Positions 32,501 through 47,800 of a DNA stretch of 64,000 bases are shown piece by piece (within the stretch, counting starts at the first letter, position 1; each line of letters opens with the position of its first letter). The stretch is from Yuukianura sp. NJ FZ-2021 (Eukaryota), in the NCBI GenBank assembly GCA_046563655.1, contig CM102286.1, positions 2,666,001-2,730,000 on the forward strand, in the 5' to 3' direction. The notes below the pieces were generated by a model. The model was not told the DNA's origin, made no database searches, and worked only from the letters and a program-made list of their open reading frames with translations. Made by a program: the position numbers and the translations under genes.

Positions 32501-35500
32501 GATTAAAGAACGGTGAAAATTCAAAACATAAACAAAATTAAGCAAAATTTTGGTGTACAAAAAGAATGACGTCAAAAATTCATAGACTTTTAAGTGAAAT
32601 AGATGAAACAGCAAAATCTTTAGAATAAAAGTGCGTAGTATTTCTAAAAATTCGAATAAAGCTGCATCACGGTTTTAAAATGCAAGTAATTTTTTTTATT
32701 GTTATTGCTGGAGCGACCTTTGACCTCAAGTAATGGAAAATGAAAGTACTCGACAATTCTATTTTGTTCATTTATAGCCTACTTATGTCACATGTAGGTC
32801 ACCCGTCGCTGAACTTCATGCTTGGAACAAAACACTAAACGCCGAATGTCGTCAAAATTTAATATTTCAGAGAAATAGGAAATTGTGAAAATGGGATTCA
32901 AAGACATAAATAAAAACATGAGAGGACTATAACCTTCTGATAATAAAAATTTAATAAAAAGTCTATTAAAAACGCAAGTGGAACATAACATAACTTTCTA
33001 TCTAACATTTGCCACCATAAAATTATGAACAAAAAAATATGTTATTAGTTCTTTTATTAGAATATCAAAAATTTCATAAGTTGATGCAGTTGTCGTAATT
33101 TGCTTTCTTCCGGGAGTGAGCAAGAGTAACAAAGATTTTGATTCCAGCTTTCAGTATTCTTTTCAATACTTTGTATAACATTCGTAAAAACGTTATAGTT
33201 TCTATTTTTCTGTAATTTTTTATATACAAAAAGAAACAAATGGAATGAAGCTGTGAGATGTTTTGGTTCATCCTATTCTAAATGGTGACAGTCGCTTTAT
33301 TACTTTTTCCCAAAAATTGAATTTGCCAACCCAAAATTGCTTTTTGTATTGTGTTGTATACAGTTTTTTTTCTTGTCCAACTACAACCATAGTAGTTGCA
33401 CTGACAAGAAAGTAATACAAGTATTGTTATAAATTAAGAAAGTTTGGCTTGGATCCAATGCAAAGTGTAAGTTGTGACATGACAGCGAAAAATTTTCTAC
33501 AAAAAACCTCTATGAGGAAAAACTGGAAAATTGAATTTACGTTTTCCCATGACGTGTGCTGCGTTGTGCCTTCTTCCAAATTAATATCACGGCATGAGGT
33601 CTCACCTAGCATAGCGTTGTTACTAAACTTACAAGTTTTAGTAGTAAATTTGGATCTAGTTTTTCGGCCACACCCAAGAGACATAATCCTTTCCTACAAA
33701 CAAAAAGCAAAACGAAGAAAGCAAAATTTTTTCACCATAAAAACGTAATTTCAAAACAAAAAAGCACAAGCTCTAGATTTTTTTGTACTATAGTACAAAA
33801 ATGTTTAGAAATAAAACAGCGGGAATTTAAAACAAATGAGCTCAGAACCAAATTAAAGTTTACCGACGAACCAAATTCAATATTTGCCTTTATTTTGGAA
33901 ATACCGAAATCCGTACAATTCCAAATTTGCACAAAATGGGTTGCATTATTTAGTTGGAATGTAAATAGAAAGCGAGGCTACACGCGGAATCGTAATCAAA
34001 AATTGATGAAACTTGGTGCGGAGAATGTTGAAATAAGGTTAAACGTCATAGTAGCTTTGTAGTACACTAGAATAATACGTTAGAGTAAAACTTAATGTTT
34101 CAGTCACGTTTCAAAGTGAAATTTTATAAAGAAAATGAGAAAATGATGGAGAGTGCTGTTGCTGTAGTAGCCTAGGTTTTGTGAAGGAGATCACAAAAAG
34201 ATTGGAAACTGTCGAGCTCCATTTAGAATTCGTTTTGAAGTTTCTTCTGAAAGTAAAACCGACGTTTCAAAATTAAAATGAAATTAACAGACTAAAAATA
34301 AGTTAGGAAAAGTTAAAATTTTCTCGTTTTGTAACAAATGGACTGTGTGTTCATATTCAGCAATTTTCAAGTTTCGAGTCTGAACTTTCCGCAGAACAAA
34401 CTTTAAAAAATTCTCTAAAAGTGGAAAAATGTTGCTTGCTTGTACTTGAAGTTGAAACTTTAACTTTTAGCTTTAACAAGAAAAAAAGTTATACTTTTGG
34501 AAGTACAGAATTAACAAACTTTTCGACATTTAGAAAATTATGCCATTTTTCTAAAAAAAAAATGATTGGCGTAGTGTGGCATCCTAGCTGCCACAGGCAT
34601 GCTTTTCTCTCATTTTTGTTAAAAATGTTAGAAGTGAAAAAACTAAAGTTGTGACAAATGATTGTATCGCCTTTAGGAAAATTCCAAAAACTTTTACATT
34701 CTGAAAGTTAGCAAAGTTTTAGCACACATAGCTTATTTCTCTAGGCGAGGTTCGGATTACTTTTGGTAATTAAAATCATGCAAAACTTTTCGTTTTAATT
34801 AAATTCCTTTCATGAAGTAAACGTCAATTCCAAAGATTCGTCTTTTCAATCTGCAGAATAATTTTTGGCGTTACTTATTTTCTAAAATTGTGGCCACATT
34901 TTCTAACACTTGAGCATTTACACTGTTGTAGCCACAACTTCAAGTGACAAAGAACAAACGAACCTTAATACAGATCTGTAATCCTGTTCCTGAGGACTTT
35001 GTCTTAAGTTTTGCTGAAGTTCTGTAGGAAGAGACAGAAACAAGTAGAACACAAATTGGATTTCAGTCACTTTGGGGAGAATGATGTATGATTTGAACAC
35101 TAATAAATCCTATGTCAGACGAACAAGCAATAACACAGGAAATTGGCACTTTATACTGACATTCCAGCCAGCAAATGTTTTGTTCCGTTGATGAGAAATA
35201 CTGAAACAAGGATAAATTCTCAAAAAAAGAGAGATGAATTCTTATTTAATTATTTATTACAAATATTTTGCCTATTTAGAAAAAAATTGTCCAGTAATTC
35301 ATTTCTACAACATATTTCTTTCTAGTTAGATTGAACAAAGTCTTTGGATTTTTCTGGGATAAAGTTCAAAGCCGTGCTTGTTTGATTTTGCCTAAAAGAA
35401 TGGAAAAAAGTTTTGTTATTTGTATTCTTATCCTTCAAAATGCGAAAAAAAAAGTTTGAACTTTTAGCGCCATCACTGATCTGCCATTTCTTCAAACCCA

Positions 35501-36499
35501 AATTGGATCCGTACTTTGTTTGAAAGAAAACGTATGGTTCCCGCATATTTGAAAATTCTAACCAACCGAGTGCAAATAACTTTTTGATTTCACAGAAGTT
35601 TGGAACAAGATTGATGCAAAGTAAAGTAAAAGCTCAAGGGCTTCAGAAACCTTCAAAAAAATGTTCTTTCACAAAAACACCAAATGTATTGAAAAATTTG
35701 AAAAGTTCAAAAGAAAAAAAATCTGTTAAAATTGAAAACTTTGAGAAAAGAAAAGTTTATAAAATTAAATTTTGAACAAATTACAAACCACTTTAAATCC
35801 AAGCTTCAAATTAAAAACAAATTGAAATGTAATTTAAACCAAACTTTTAGACTTCATTGCACTCAAATTAGAAACACACTGTTGGTGATCATGTAATTCA
35901 AAGTTATTAATATCCAAACCAACGTTTCCGTGCTACCAAATGTATCGCTTTGAAAAGGTCACGCTCTGGAAGGTGGGTTTTCAGGTTTTTGCAAAGTTGA
36001 TTCCTGAATACTGATCTTGAGAAATGATTTACACTCCTACTCAAAAGAAAATGTGTCACGTTCTACGTTCTGGGTAGTCCGGAATCAAAAAAGTTAAGGT
36101 GTATCTGGACCTATACTGTTAGTCTTAGATTCTTAGATTGTCAGAATCTTCAAAGACTAGAAAAGTACCCAGGATTGCAAGATCTCCAAAGCACTTGAAA
36201 TGACGCTCACGTCCCCTGACTCTTCTCCATTTTCTTCCTGATGGAGAATAACATCCAACTTTCTCCTCTATCCAACTCTTGTGATCTTCGAGTCACACTG
36301 AAATCAAAAATTGAACAAAGTCTTGACTGATTGTCTCATGCCGTCCAACAAATCACTTCAATCGCTTTTCCATTTCTAGAAACGTCCCTTGTCATCTGAA
36401 TTCCAATTCACAAATTGTAGCAATGTCAAATATTCAAAAGTTTATACAAATGTCAGTCAAACTACTTTCAAGCAAAGTGCAAAATTTGGAAGAAATATG

Positions 36500-36780
36500 T
36501 TCTGCAATAGCTTCGGTTGCCAACACTAAAGAAAATTTCACTCTCCCTGGGCTCGAATGCGGGTCCCGCTCAAGGAGAAAGTGAGGAAACGATTTTTCAA
36601 ACACGAAACGTATTTGGAACTTAAAAATTGCCTGAAATGGCGGCCTCCATCCGTTTTGTGATGGAAAATTTGACAGCGACGTGGTGTTTTGTTTTTCTTC
36701 TAAAGAAGCGACGCGGGTTCGAGCCCAGGTAAGGGTGAACTTTCTTTTGGCGCTGTGAACTTAAACTATACCGCAGCATT
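36500..36780. repeat. Foldback element with imperfect ~70-bp inverted arms containing a B-box-like motif
   Basis: AAAGAAAATTTCACTCTCCCTGGGCTCGAA (36528-36557) pairs with TTCGAGCCCAGGTAAGGGTGAACTTTCTTT (36718-36747); similarity extends on both sides. Confidence 0.55.
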
Positions 36781-38347
36781 TTTTTTTACATGCACAGCAC
36801 AAGTGTAATTTTGAAATTAAAAAACCTACTTAAATTCAAAAAAATTTGGCGGAAGACATAAACTGGGATAATTCGAACCCAAAGTTTTTGAACTTTGCTT
36901 GTCGTTGCAGTTTCTGTTCAAATAAACCCGCCCAAAACGATTTTCTTCAATTCAAGTCCAATTTGAGCTCAAAATTGGTTTCGATCGCCTATTTTGATAT
37001 ACTTTATTGCAACCTTTGCAGAATAAAGTATTGCCCTCATGTTGCATTTTATTCACGAAGCAGTTTTTTGTTCAAATTGAAAACAAATTGAACTCCAAAT
37101 CATTTCCCGCACTTTCTTTTTCTTTTGCCATGCATCCTATTTTCTTCACTGTTCCAAAATGATTTGGTAAATGGAGCGATGGTGCTAGCTCGGAAATGAT
37201 CATGCTAACTTGAAACTTCCCTAAAAGTTTTCCAAACCTCCATTTTGTGTGCAACAGAACAAAGTTGTCTAATCCACTGAAGTAATTAATTAGAGCGACG
37301 GCTGAAGTGGAATTAAGTCTGATTTGTGATAGAAAGTTTTGTATGTCGGAAACTCTTTGCCGAGATAAAATAGGGGCGCTAAAGTTTTGAATCACTTGGG
37401 CTTACTATCAATTTGCGGCTTTACTACGAGTCGTTTGCCTACATAAGTTAAAACCTCTAAAAGCAAATTGAATATCTTGTAAAAAATCTAAAAAAATTCA
37501 AAAAAAAATTTCGGGAAGGAATGGACAAAATATGCTCCAAAAAATTTAGAAACCTTTTTGTTTAAATTTTTGAGACGATACGTTGCTTAAATTTTGAAAC
37601 CCAGAAAAACCCCCGTCGTTTGCCAACCTTGGAAATGAAAAATTTGAGTTTCTGTTGAAAAGAACTTTAGCTTATTTGAACAACAAATTTCTTCCCGCGA
37701 AACTTGAAACTTTTGCTTTGTGCAAATAATGAGACCTGCATGTGGTATATGATGCCCATTTCTCTTTTTGTGTTTATTCCAGAGGATTTCTGGAGTTGAA
37801 AATTGTTATTACAAGGCTTGAAAAAAAAAACAGGTTTTTGTGCCCAAAGTCATAAATAAGATGAGCTCTCATGTTCCAAGTCCTTCACTTGTCAAGAAAG
37901 AACAATGGACAAGAATAAAGTTTCTCCTGAGAAAGAGCTGGAAAAGAGAAAATTTTTGAGTTTTTAAAGTAGGACAAGTTTAGAATTGAACAATATGGAT
38001 GTAAGAGGAGACGGTTGGGAGGAAGTGAGGAACATAACAAAGAAAAAGTACTTTTTCCATTTGAAATGACAAATGGGCGCCACGTATGAAGTCCATTATG
38101 CCAAATGCTTTTGTTTTCTTTTTCACCTAGCCCAACCAACAACGCTACTCGCTTATGCTGCCAGCTACATTCGCTTTTTTTTAAACGGCCTGCGCAATAA
38201 CAGCGTTTCAAAATAACTTTTTTGAATTTGCCAATTTATCAGCGGGAAATATCGCTCAACTTGACAGTGACGATGCCACGTGAATTGGAAATTTAGAAGG
38301 CGCAAAATTTTTCAATTTCTTTTTCAAAATGGGTTGAAAGTTTGAAC

Positions 38348-38625
38348 CAAGGTTGATAAACTACGAAACACTTTTTCTTTAACAGGTTAGGCAATAACTC
38401 CAGTTTTGAATTTTTTGAGCAAAACTTTCGAAAATGAATTCACCCAAGCTCATTCTTCGTTGTTATGACAATTTCAATTGGAAAAGGATCCAGAAGATCA
38501 AAATTGTAATGAAAACTCACAAAATTGATGTTTTTTGTTTATTGGGGAATTTTTTTTTCCAACGCAACAATCGACTTATTGCCTAACCTGTTATAGAAAA
38601 ACTATTTCGTTGTCAAGACACCTTG
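38348..38625. mobile_element. MITE, CAAGG...CCTTG family (subtype GGTTAGGCAATAA)
   Basis: Imperfect ~50-bp TIRs with core AACAGGTTAGGCAATAA / TTATTGCCTAACCTGTT; flanks GTTTGAAC / GATTTAAC (6/8 match). Confidence 0.75.
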
Positions 38626-38816
38626 GATTTAACTTACCTTGGAAGAAAGTTTGAACATCCGAAGCATTTGGTTGAAACGGCTTAAAAATTCAAAAGTTTG
38701 AGGCACTTTGTGAAGAAAATGTTGTTTGTTTTTTGTGTAGGGGTCAAATGTTAGGTCACTGGTCATAATAAAATCTCTTCTGACGTGAGTGTCCACAGAA
38801 GAGGACCGTCGTGGCG

Positions 38817-41800
38817 TCACGCGTTGTAAGAAATTTGAATTTGGTTTCCCGCTTCTTCCTGGTCGACATCCTGTGACGGAGGTCTGCTATTTCTAGAACT
38901 GTTTTTGGCTGAAGATTGTTGGCAACTTTCTTTTGGATTTGGAGTGATACTGAAGGGAACCAATCGGCTGAGCATTACAGAGGTAACTGGTGGGGGTGAA
39001 GAATGGTTAGGGTGAAATGGTTCATTGTAAATATTGTCGTCGTCGGTAGTCGAACTGCGACTACTTGTAGAGTATTCCAAGTAATAGTCATCAACAGTTT
39101 GAGTTCCTTTGGTATGTAATTGGACAGTTTTGGGTGGGTCAACTCCAAGGTCAGTGTTTTGACCTTGAGAAGAGCGACGAAGGTCTCTCACATTTGCTTG
39201 CTGAGTGTCAAACAACCTCCAGTCGAATCCAATTCCTGAAAGAAAGTAAAATTTCGGTGAAAGTTAGTTTTAAAAAACTTTTGAATTTTTAGAACCCTAT
39301 AAAGTTTTTGACGGAGTTCAAATTGAAATCGCAAACATAACTTTTTGTTTTTTTTTGAATTACCGTCACTTTGAGTCGACGTGTCGGTGGTAGTTTTTGG
39401 CAAATTTTTGGGTGTGAGGTGATTTGCATTAGTGAATGCAGTCATTTGAAACTGTTGTGTTTGCTGTGGTTGTTGCGTTGGAGCTTGGAAGCCAGCTTGA
39501 TTCGATTGTTGTTGAACAGCCGAGTAGCGAGCGGCCGGCATCATGCTTTGCCTAACATTGCGTTCAGGGTGGATCAAAATTATGTACAGCTTCGGTACGA
39601 ACAGACACGCCACCATGACAGTTGCACTCAATCTAAGCATTTTAATACAAATATTTCATTTTTTAGCAGTAACAAAATAATATAATAATAAAACATTTTT
39701 ATACTTACGAAATTGCCACCGTCATGCTCATGATTCGTAGCGCCACCTGTAAAATGACACAAAATAAAAACTAAAATTTTTGTTACAAATTTGGAAAATT
39801 TTGTTTTTCAAAACATTTTCAGCTCAAAGTGGCTGAGGCAAAACACTTCTTAACATAATCTAACTTCCGAAGGTGTTTGTTTTCACTTTCCCTTTGTATC
39901 AACATCGCGCGGAAAACAAAAGTAGTAAAAGGCTCTAGAAGGGCTTGAACCTCCTGAATTTTCAAAAGTTTCAAAAACTTTGTAGAGTAAAGTGAAAGTG
40001 ATGCATAATTAATTGTTAGGAAGAAAGTGAAGCCTAGATCCCTTACCCCAGGAAATCCATGAGCCTCAAGGCTAAGCTTTGTTCAAAATGAATGGGAAAA
40101 GAGAAAAGCAGCAGGAGGGATTTGTGGGTTGATGGCGGGAAAGGTCATGAGAGCGGGAAGATTTGAAATGAAGTCGGTAGGGATGATTTAGTGGTTGGAT
40201 TAAAATTAAATAGTGTTTTAGAGCTCAGAAAGGCCTTGCTTTCACACTGCCCGTTCGGATGAAATAACAACACAGACATACATTGTGCTGAAAAACAACA
40301 ACGTCCCACGGGTCACACGTTCCAAAGTCCCTAGGGTGTCTACCAAATTTCTCACTGTCGGAGGGCATCAAAAACAAACCGCTGGTTGGACTTTGGTAGG
40401 TTCAGACAATGATGAAATGCAAGCAAGAGACAGAACTGTGCAATTTCAAAAACGGAAATTGCCGCCATTTGTTTTAAATTTTTACCTGTCCAGCCGTGGA
40501 GAAGTAAATGGGCACAAAGGCCAACCAGATGATGCAGGTCGTGTACATGGTAAATCCAATGTACTTGGATTCGTTGAAGGCTTCTGGAATCTTGCGCGTG
40601 AGTACGGCGTAGACGGTGCAGACGACGATTAGCGTAAGTGGATATGCAAAAGCAATGGTGTATGAGGCATTGATGTACGTGTTACACACGAGCAAATTTG
40701 CTTTACGATGTGGATGCTCATTCGTGGCCTTGGGAGGTTGTAGAAGCATCCATACAATGTTGATAATAACCTAGAAAGCAAAAAAAAGAAGTTATTCAAA
40801 ATTCAAAACTTTGTTCAAAATTGTAACAAAATTGTACAACTTTCCTAGGTTTTGAATTCACAGCAAATTTTTAAATAACGCCGGGAAAAAATTAACATGA
40901 AAATTTGCTGCTTTTTAGTTTTTCGATTGGGAAAAATAAGTTTACTAATCTTAAGTTTGAAGACCGCTTTAATTTCGATCCACATAAAGAAAGTTGAGGT
41001 CAAATTTAAGGCATTTTTTTGCGTTAGTCAAAGTTAAATCAAGCATTATCACAAAAACTCTGATTTCAGCGTACTGTGCTTTCACTCGAAGAAAGTTTCA
41101 TTTGGCACAAGATCCATTGCCAAAGTGGCTACCACGAAAATGAGGATTTAGTGAATAATAAATCTAGATTCTGCTCATCTCTCGTCATATTATTCTCCGT
41201 ACAGCCACTTCCTGGGCGTCTAGTTTGTCTTTTACACAAGAGTACGTTATGCCCAACCCGCCCATCCTAACCAAATCCGTGCCCAGGGACTCCAAAAACT
41301 TTGTTCATTCAAATTCCCAATCCCAAATGGCAGGTTCTGAATTTAAAGACCTCATTTTCAGGACACGGTGCACACTTTTAAAAAGACGCTACTTTTCAAC
41401 ATAAAGAAAAAGTAGAAAGTGATGTTCGATTCATTCAAGTTAGGGGGAGTGGCAGAACTTCGACAGAAACAAGCCTAAGTACTTTTTGATTAATCCATCC
41501 ATTCATTCTCCATTGAGCTCTAGGCGTTCTCGTTAAACTTCACTTTTGTTCATCATACACTAAGAAAGTTGGCATGGAAAACTTAATGTAAACGGGACAA
41601 AGTTAGACTTTACTGGAACTGACGTTAGGTTTTCACTGAAACAGGCCTCTAGCTGCTGCTCATGCCAAAGTCACTTCTGTTTTAAACCTAGCAGACCGCT
41701 TCCGTTTACCATCACTTATTCCTTTGAACTAATTACACTAAGACTCATGAACAGAAATTGCCATTCTAAGTTCAGCTGGTGCTTTAGTGTTAGTTACTCC

Positions 41801-44800
41801 CACCATGGTAACATTTTGAACAAAAGAGACGATGACGGTCTAAAGTCTGAGCAGCTTGTTAGACCTATGGTTGAGCTCTCTAAGCTTTGAAAGCTAGCAA
41901 AGACAAATGAGACTTTGAGCTTGATAGCATCACTAGAAGGTGACTATTAATTCTAGCTTGTCACCTTCTGGAATTCAAATGGGTTTAGACTAACCTAACA
42001 TAGGTTAAACCTAATCTATTCGTGACTCACCTGAATACAAAGAAGAAGTGAACAAATGACTAGCTGAGACCGAGGAGAGATGAATGAAGGACGTCTAGCC
42101 GACTTCTTGCCAGCTTGAAAAATACGGGCAATTCGGTTCGTCTTGGTAAGTAAAGCGGCGTAGACAATGGTAAAACAGAATCCAGTACTAAACTGTTGTA
42201 TTCCACAAATGACATCAGATGGGCTGAAAAGTAATCCAGAAAAAAATTACGCAAAATCAAGGTTCGTCAACAAAAACAAAATTTTTTTATGCCAGGTTGT
42301 CCAATAACTCGGCGTTTTTATGTTTGTTAAATAATTTGGAAAACCTGACTCGCCGTGCTTTTCTGCGGTGATGATTTGAATGTAATGTGAGTAGGAATTG
42401 GGGGATGGGAATAATTGTTTGAAAGAAGGTCTTTGCAAACCGTGAGTTATTGGACAACCTGTTGTACGAAATACAATTTGGTTGTCAAAAACCTTGCTTA
42501 AAATGACATTGAAACTTTTTTTAAATTGCATTTGTCTGCTTTCTAGTAACTTTTTTGTTTTTGTGGTCGGAGCAAAGTCCAGCTTCAGGAGTCTAAGCTT
42601 CCAACTTCATCATTGTCACAACTTTTTTTTTTTCCAAAAAAGTGATTCCGGACCAAATCTTTGTGTCAACGTTACGTACAGAAAATTGATGCGTTTGGAT
42701 AAAAGTAGCCGCCATCTTGTTTTCTTATCTTGCATTGTGGCCAATTTTTGAAAAGTGGACGTGCACATATCAAAGTAATATAAAGCCCATTTCCGACGTT
42801 TTGAAAAGGCGGCGGTGCATGAAAAGTGGTACTAAATTTTCTTTCTTTTTTGCTTTTAAGATGAGGACAAAAGACTTTAATTTATGATATGCACTCAAGT
42901 GTGGTTTGCATATTAAATATATTGCATATACTCAATGTTAAACGGAAAACTTTCTCCAAAGAAGCAAAAAAAAATCCATATGAGAATTTTTTCTTAAAAA
43001 ATTTTATTGGGCCAAAATTTTATTACTTTGAGTCTCAGCATCATGTTATGAGACTATTATATAATCTTATTGTTTTGTATCTTGCGACAACCAATGACGG
43101 CACCTTTGGGAAGACAGTAAGTGCCCATTGCAGGGCAGATCTATGAAGTTTGAGTTTGATTGATTAGCCGATTAGTAATCCATCAATCGTCAGTGACTAC
43201 TTTAATCAATCAAATTCAACTAACGACATTTTTTTTCCAAATTTTAGAGTGAGTTGATTGGAACTTACCGGACGACGAAGAGAAAAGTTAAGGAGTAGCA
43301 GAGGAAGAGGCCGCCGAGTAGAACGTACGACACTTCTCGACCTGAAGCTCTGACAACCGGCGTGTCATTGTGAATTGTGAACACTGCTGACACGAACAGC
43401 GTCAAAAGAATTCCCACGCCTGCAAACGTCATGGCTCCAATTGCCCATCCACTACAAAAGTCCATCAAAGAATCAGATCTATCCTATGGTCATCCATGTC
43501 ACTTAAAGTTAGGCCCAAATACATAATTCAGTAAGCTTGTTTCTCCTTTTGACAATTCCTTTTGATCAACTTCCTGGAGTGCACACAACAACCTGTCGTC
43601 AACATTCTGCTCCTGTCTTTCATTGTCTCTCGTCATCCAGAAACCGGGAAGTCTTCATTATTTACGCCACACTTCTTCCAACGGCAACTGAATCACAAGT
43701 GACACTTTCCAAATATGATCTGTCCCCTGTGCAAGGTTTGTTGACTTTGATTTTCTTTGACAGGTTGGGCAATACCTCATGTTTTTTTTTTGATTTTGCA
43801 AAAAAAAAAGTATCGATTTCAAGGCATCGTAGTCATAACAATACAGCCGAATTTTTGAAATTTTGCATACGAATTGGTACCAAATGTTTGGATTGGTACC
43901 ATTTTTTGTTTTTTGTTTTGTTTCTTTGTCAGCAAGCAAAATAGAACCCAACCTGTTAAAGAAAATTAATTCTTTGTTGTCAAGGAACCTTGCTGCGATG
44001 GGCCAAAGCCAAACATAGGCATGCTTCTTCAAATTATAAAGACAGAAATACAAGGAAATGGAAGCGTGGTGGCGTCATGTCTGACAGGACTGGAATAACT
44101 CTCAAAAGCAATTCTGCCTAAACAGGAAAAATGGAATCCGAGTGTCAGGATTTTAGAATTTCAAAATGAGGCTAACACATGCATACCTTAGTAGTTTCTG
44201 AAAAATAGCTCGCTAGACGTTCTAATTTGTAAAGCTAGAACCTGAGTATCCACTAAAATGTAACGTGTTAGCCGCAAATCAGATTTTACTAAACACGCGG
44301 TTTTAATCCCACGGTATTGACCGACACCGCCCTTATAGCTAAGCTAACATTGCGGTTTTTTTGTTTATTCTAATTTATTCGTTTAAAAGTGTGTTTTTCT
44401 GTGAAATTGGTTAGAGTGAAAGTAAAAGGATTTGGTAGATTGGGCAATTTAGAATAAACTTTGCCCAGGTAAGCTCAACTCCGCCCACAAAACCTTTCAC
44501 TCGTTCAACATTGAAATGTTTACTTTTAAGCTTAAAACTCTCCAGGAAAATTGATGAGCAAAATGTACTTTGTTCCAAAAACGTTCGATCGCCTCAAGCA
44601 TTGTGTCTGTTTTTCTAACTTTAACTTTTAAAATGCTCAAGTGCTACAGAGAAACCGCCTCAAATAAAACACGACTTTCTCCGCTTTCTATATTTGATGA
44701 AACTTGACATTTTTTTACGTATGAAAAAAATTCTGTGCTCACGGCTAAACTAAGCAAAAAAGGATATGAACTTGATCTTATTTTTACAAAAATAGTATTT

Positions 44801-47800
44801 GTAGAGTTTATGTTTTTTTTACTTATAGCACAACTGCGTTAAGTGTACTTGCCTGGAGGAGTGTAGCTGGAAAATAGCGGTAAATGCATACCGCAAGTTA
44901 AAGAAGCTGGGAAAAGCAATTTTGTGGAAGAAGAAGAGGGAAAGCTTACGCCTTCAACTTTTCATTTATTATCTTTCATCCACAGCCTTAAGCTGCTCTC
45001 CCTACATAACAAAACACACTTTGCTTTATTTTCCGTGAAATTTCCTATTTATTTACTTCCAATCCACGCCAAACCACTTTCTTTTCCGCCCAAACCTAAT
45101 GTTACACAAAATAAACCGTCCAGGAAATCTACTTAGGCAAACCGCCGAAACAAGGTCACCAACACAAAGCGGTTTTTCAGTAAATCTACTTTGGCAAAGA
45201 CATTTTCTGCGCTCATTTGTGGTTTTCTTAAGTCTTTGTTGTCACAGCAACCCAGGATCTACCGTACTCTGACTAATTGCGACTTTTCAAAATTTAGGAC
45301 AGCGGTGGAGTGAGTGGCAGGAGCAAGTTATTTTTAAGTGATATTTGACAACTAATTACTTTAAGAAGTATGCTAGGCACTCTTTGTGATTAAGTGTCCC
45401 TCCAGAGAGGCTCAATTAACTTGGAGACACTTTGCTAATTAAAATTGAGAGCTCTTTACCTTGAGGGTTGAAGGTATTCTTCTTCAATTGGAACACAATG
45501 TGTAGCATCATCGTTTGGAAATGTGTTGGGTGAACAGGACACGCAGAGACTTTCATCCGTTTCATGTAGAATCTAAAAGGAAGTGTCAACAGAAGAGTCT
45601 CAACATGAAATATGAAGTACACTGTGATAGATGATGTTTGAACTAACGATTATTTTAACAAAATGACAAGACATTTTTAAAAACTGGGCTTTTCCTCCAG
45701 CTTTTTCTTAAAGAAACACTTCAGTTTTAGAAATTAAAATTTGACTGTAAACTTCAAAATTTTAAAAGCATGTTAAATTAGTAACAATTTGAGTATTTAG
45801 TAAATTTATTTGCCTCCAGCATACAGCAAAAAGCTTTGAACTTCAAACGAGCTTTTAGTCATTTGGGGCAAAGCGAGAACATGCGTCTAATATTTGCTTT
45901 CTCTCGTTGTAAATTAAATTATAAACCGCGTCTGATCAAATATACTTATCAAAATAAATATTTCTGTTAGCTTAAGTTTCTTCTCTCAGAACTCTTTCAG
46001 ATTCTGTTTAACAGGATGCAAAATTTCTAGAATTTGGAGAGTTCTGCCAAAAATAAAACGCTGGACACTGGAGAACACTATGCAGCAAATTGAGTTTTCC
46101 CTCTGATTTGATGACTTGGTCTTTTGAAAGGTTGTGGAACTTTATACAGCATTAATAATTAAATTCGGGATTTCATTAGTTGAAACGGCCCTCCGGAGAA
46201 TGAAGAGGGACCATAATGCCAACCTCTGCAAACTTTATAATTAAATGGGCCGTTTCAACCGAAATCCTAATTCAGTTTCTCCTGTAACTACATGTACTTG
46301 AATACATACAGTAAAGTTACCTGGTCTCCAGTGCATTTGACACAATTCCAACAGCACATTGCAGAGTTTCCAGATACCCGGTTTTTGGATTCTCCTGGAC
46401 CACATTCATCTGAACAAACCGAAACTGGAACGTTTGTTCCATGTGCAAATTGAATCTCTGCAAAAAATTATTTATAGGTTGAGCAACAAAAACCATAATT
46501 TATAGGCTCAAATTAGATTAAACCGCATTTCGATTATCCTAACATTCCGAGTTTAATGTGACCTGCGTATGCAATTTCTGAAAATCTTGTTACAAGCCTG
46601 TTTCTCTTATACTTAATTCATTGTCAAAATTTGGTTTGTACAAGCGGAAAAAATTCAACCTTGGGAAATTTTTACTTTTTTTTTTGTCTTTTTTTTAAAT
46701 CCTTTTATTCTTCTAGAAAAAAGCATAAAGACAGAAACCTTTCTACTCCAAAATCTGAGAGCAAGTTCAAAGTAAGACAGAACATCTTTCGAACAGAGCA
46801 GAATTAACCTCCCGCCGTGTTTTTTCTCTTTTTGGCCAACTTCTGTGTTCGCCCAAATGAAGCCTTTGAACTACATAAAGTATGTTTTAAAGTTTCTACT
46901 TTCTCTGCTTTCTCTCACGCAAAGTTCAACCACTGCCGACACGAAACAAGACCAGAGATTTAGGACCTTGTTCTTCGAATTTTACAATTCTAGCAAAGCA
47001 GCTCTTAACTTTTAGATTTTTTTTTGTAAAAGCTGCTTTTAAGAACTTAGGAATATGAAATAGCGGAGACTGGTTTAAAAGAAAGTAAAAGAAACTTCAT
47101 TGCCAAAATGATTTTCACTTTGAAAGAGAAAATCATTAAGTTTTACTCAAATTCGACTCAGGTTCTCATTAGGAAAACGAGTAAAAGGAATACATTATAA
47201 ACAGCAGTTTTACTCTGTTCTGTTTGAATAGCTAAGTCCTTATGAAAAATAAAGTTAAAGTGAAGAAAACTTGTTTTTAAAAGAAAAATAAGCATAAGAT
47301 GAAAGGAAAAGATCTGTTTGTAGGGTTACTTTCACTTTGCAGTTTTACTTTGCTCTCAGCAAATTCTCTTAATGCTAACATTTCCTTAAGTAATTGCTTT
47401 CTCTTTCAAAAAACTAATCTCAGCATATCTTAATAATTTAACGACAGCAACTAGTGGCTTGTTGCTCCAATTTTCTGCTGTATGCATTTTGTTTAAAAAT
47501 TCAACACTTCTATGAAACATACATCATGCATCATTGGTTTCTTCACATACATAACTGCATGACATGAACAAACACTTGGGTCTACCCACGTAGTAGAAAA
47601 ATTGAAGTTAGCCGGAAAGTCAACAACTGTAAGCTTTTTTCTTTGAAGTTTTGCTCGTTATTTGAAAATTTTTGTTGTTTTAGGCAAACATTTCTTGAAG
47701 TTTGAGTTTTGAACAAAGCAAAAATCCTCCGAACCAAGGTTGCTTGACAACCGAAGTGTATTCCCTACAGGTTGTCCAATAACTAAGGGTTTTCAAAAAT

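Noticed and set aside
36700..36740. Possible tRNA gene
   Set aside because: Only a T-arm/B-box-like motif; no acceptor stem, D-arm or anticodon arm could be folded.
39188..39363. ORF-track C-terminus of the GPCR (…ELDSTGGCLTLSKQM)
   Set aside because: Reads through a GT-AG intron (39363-39236); the spliced phase-1 junction continues in the 38817-39215 frame instead.
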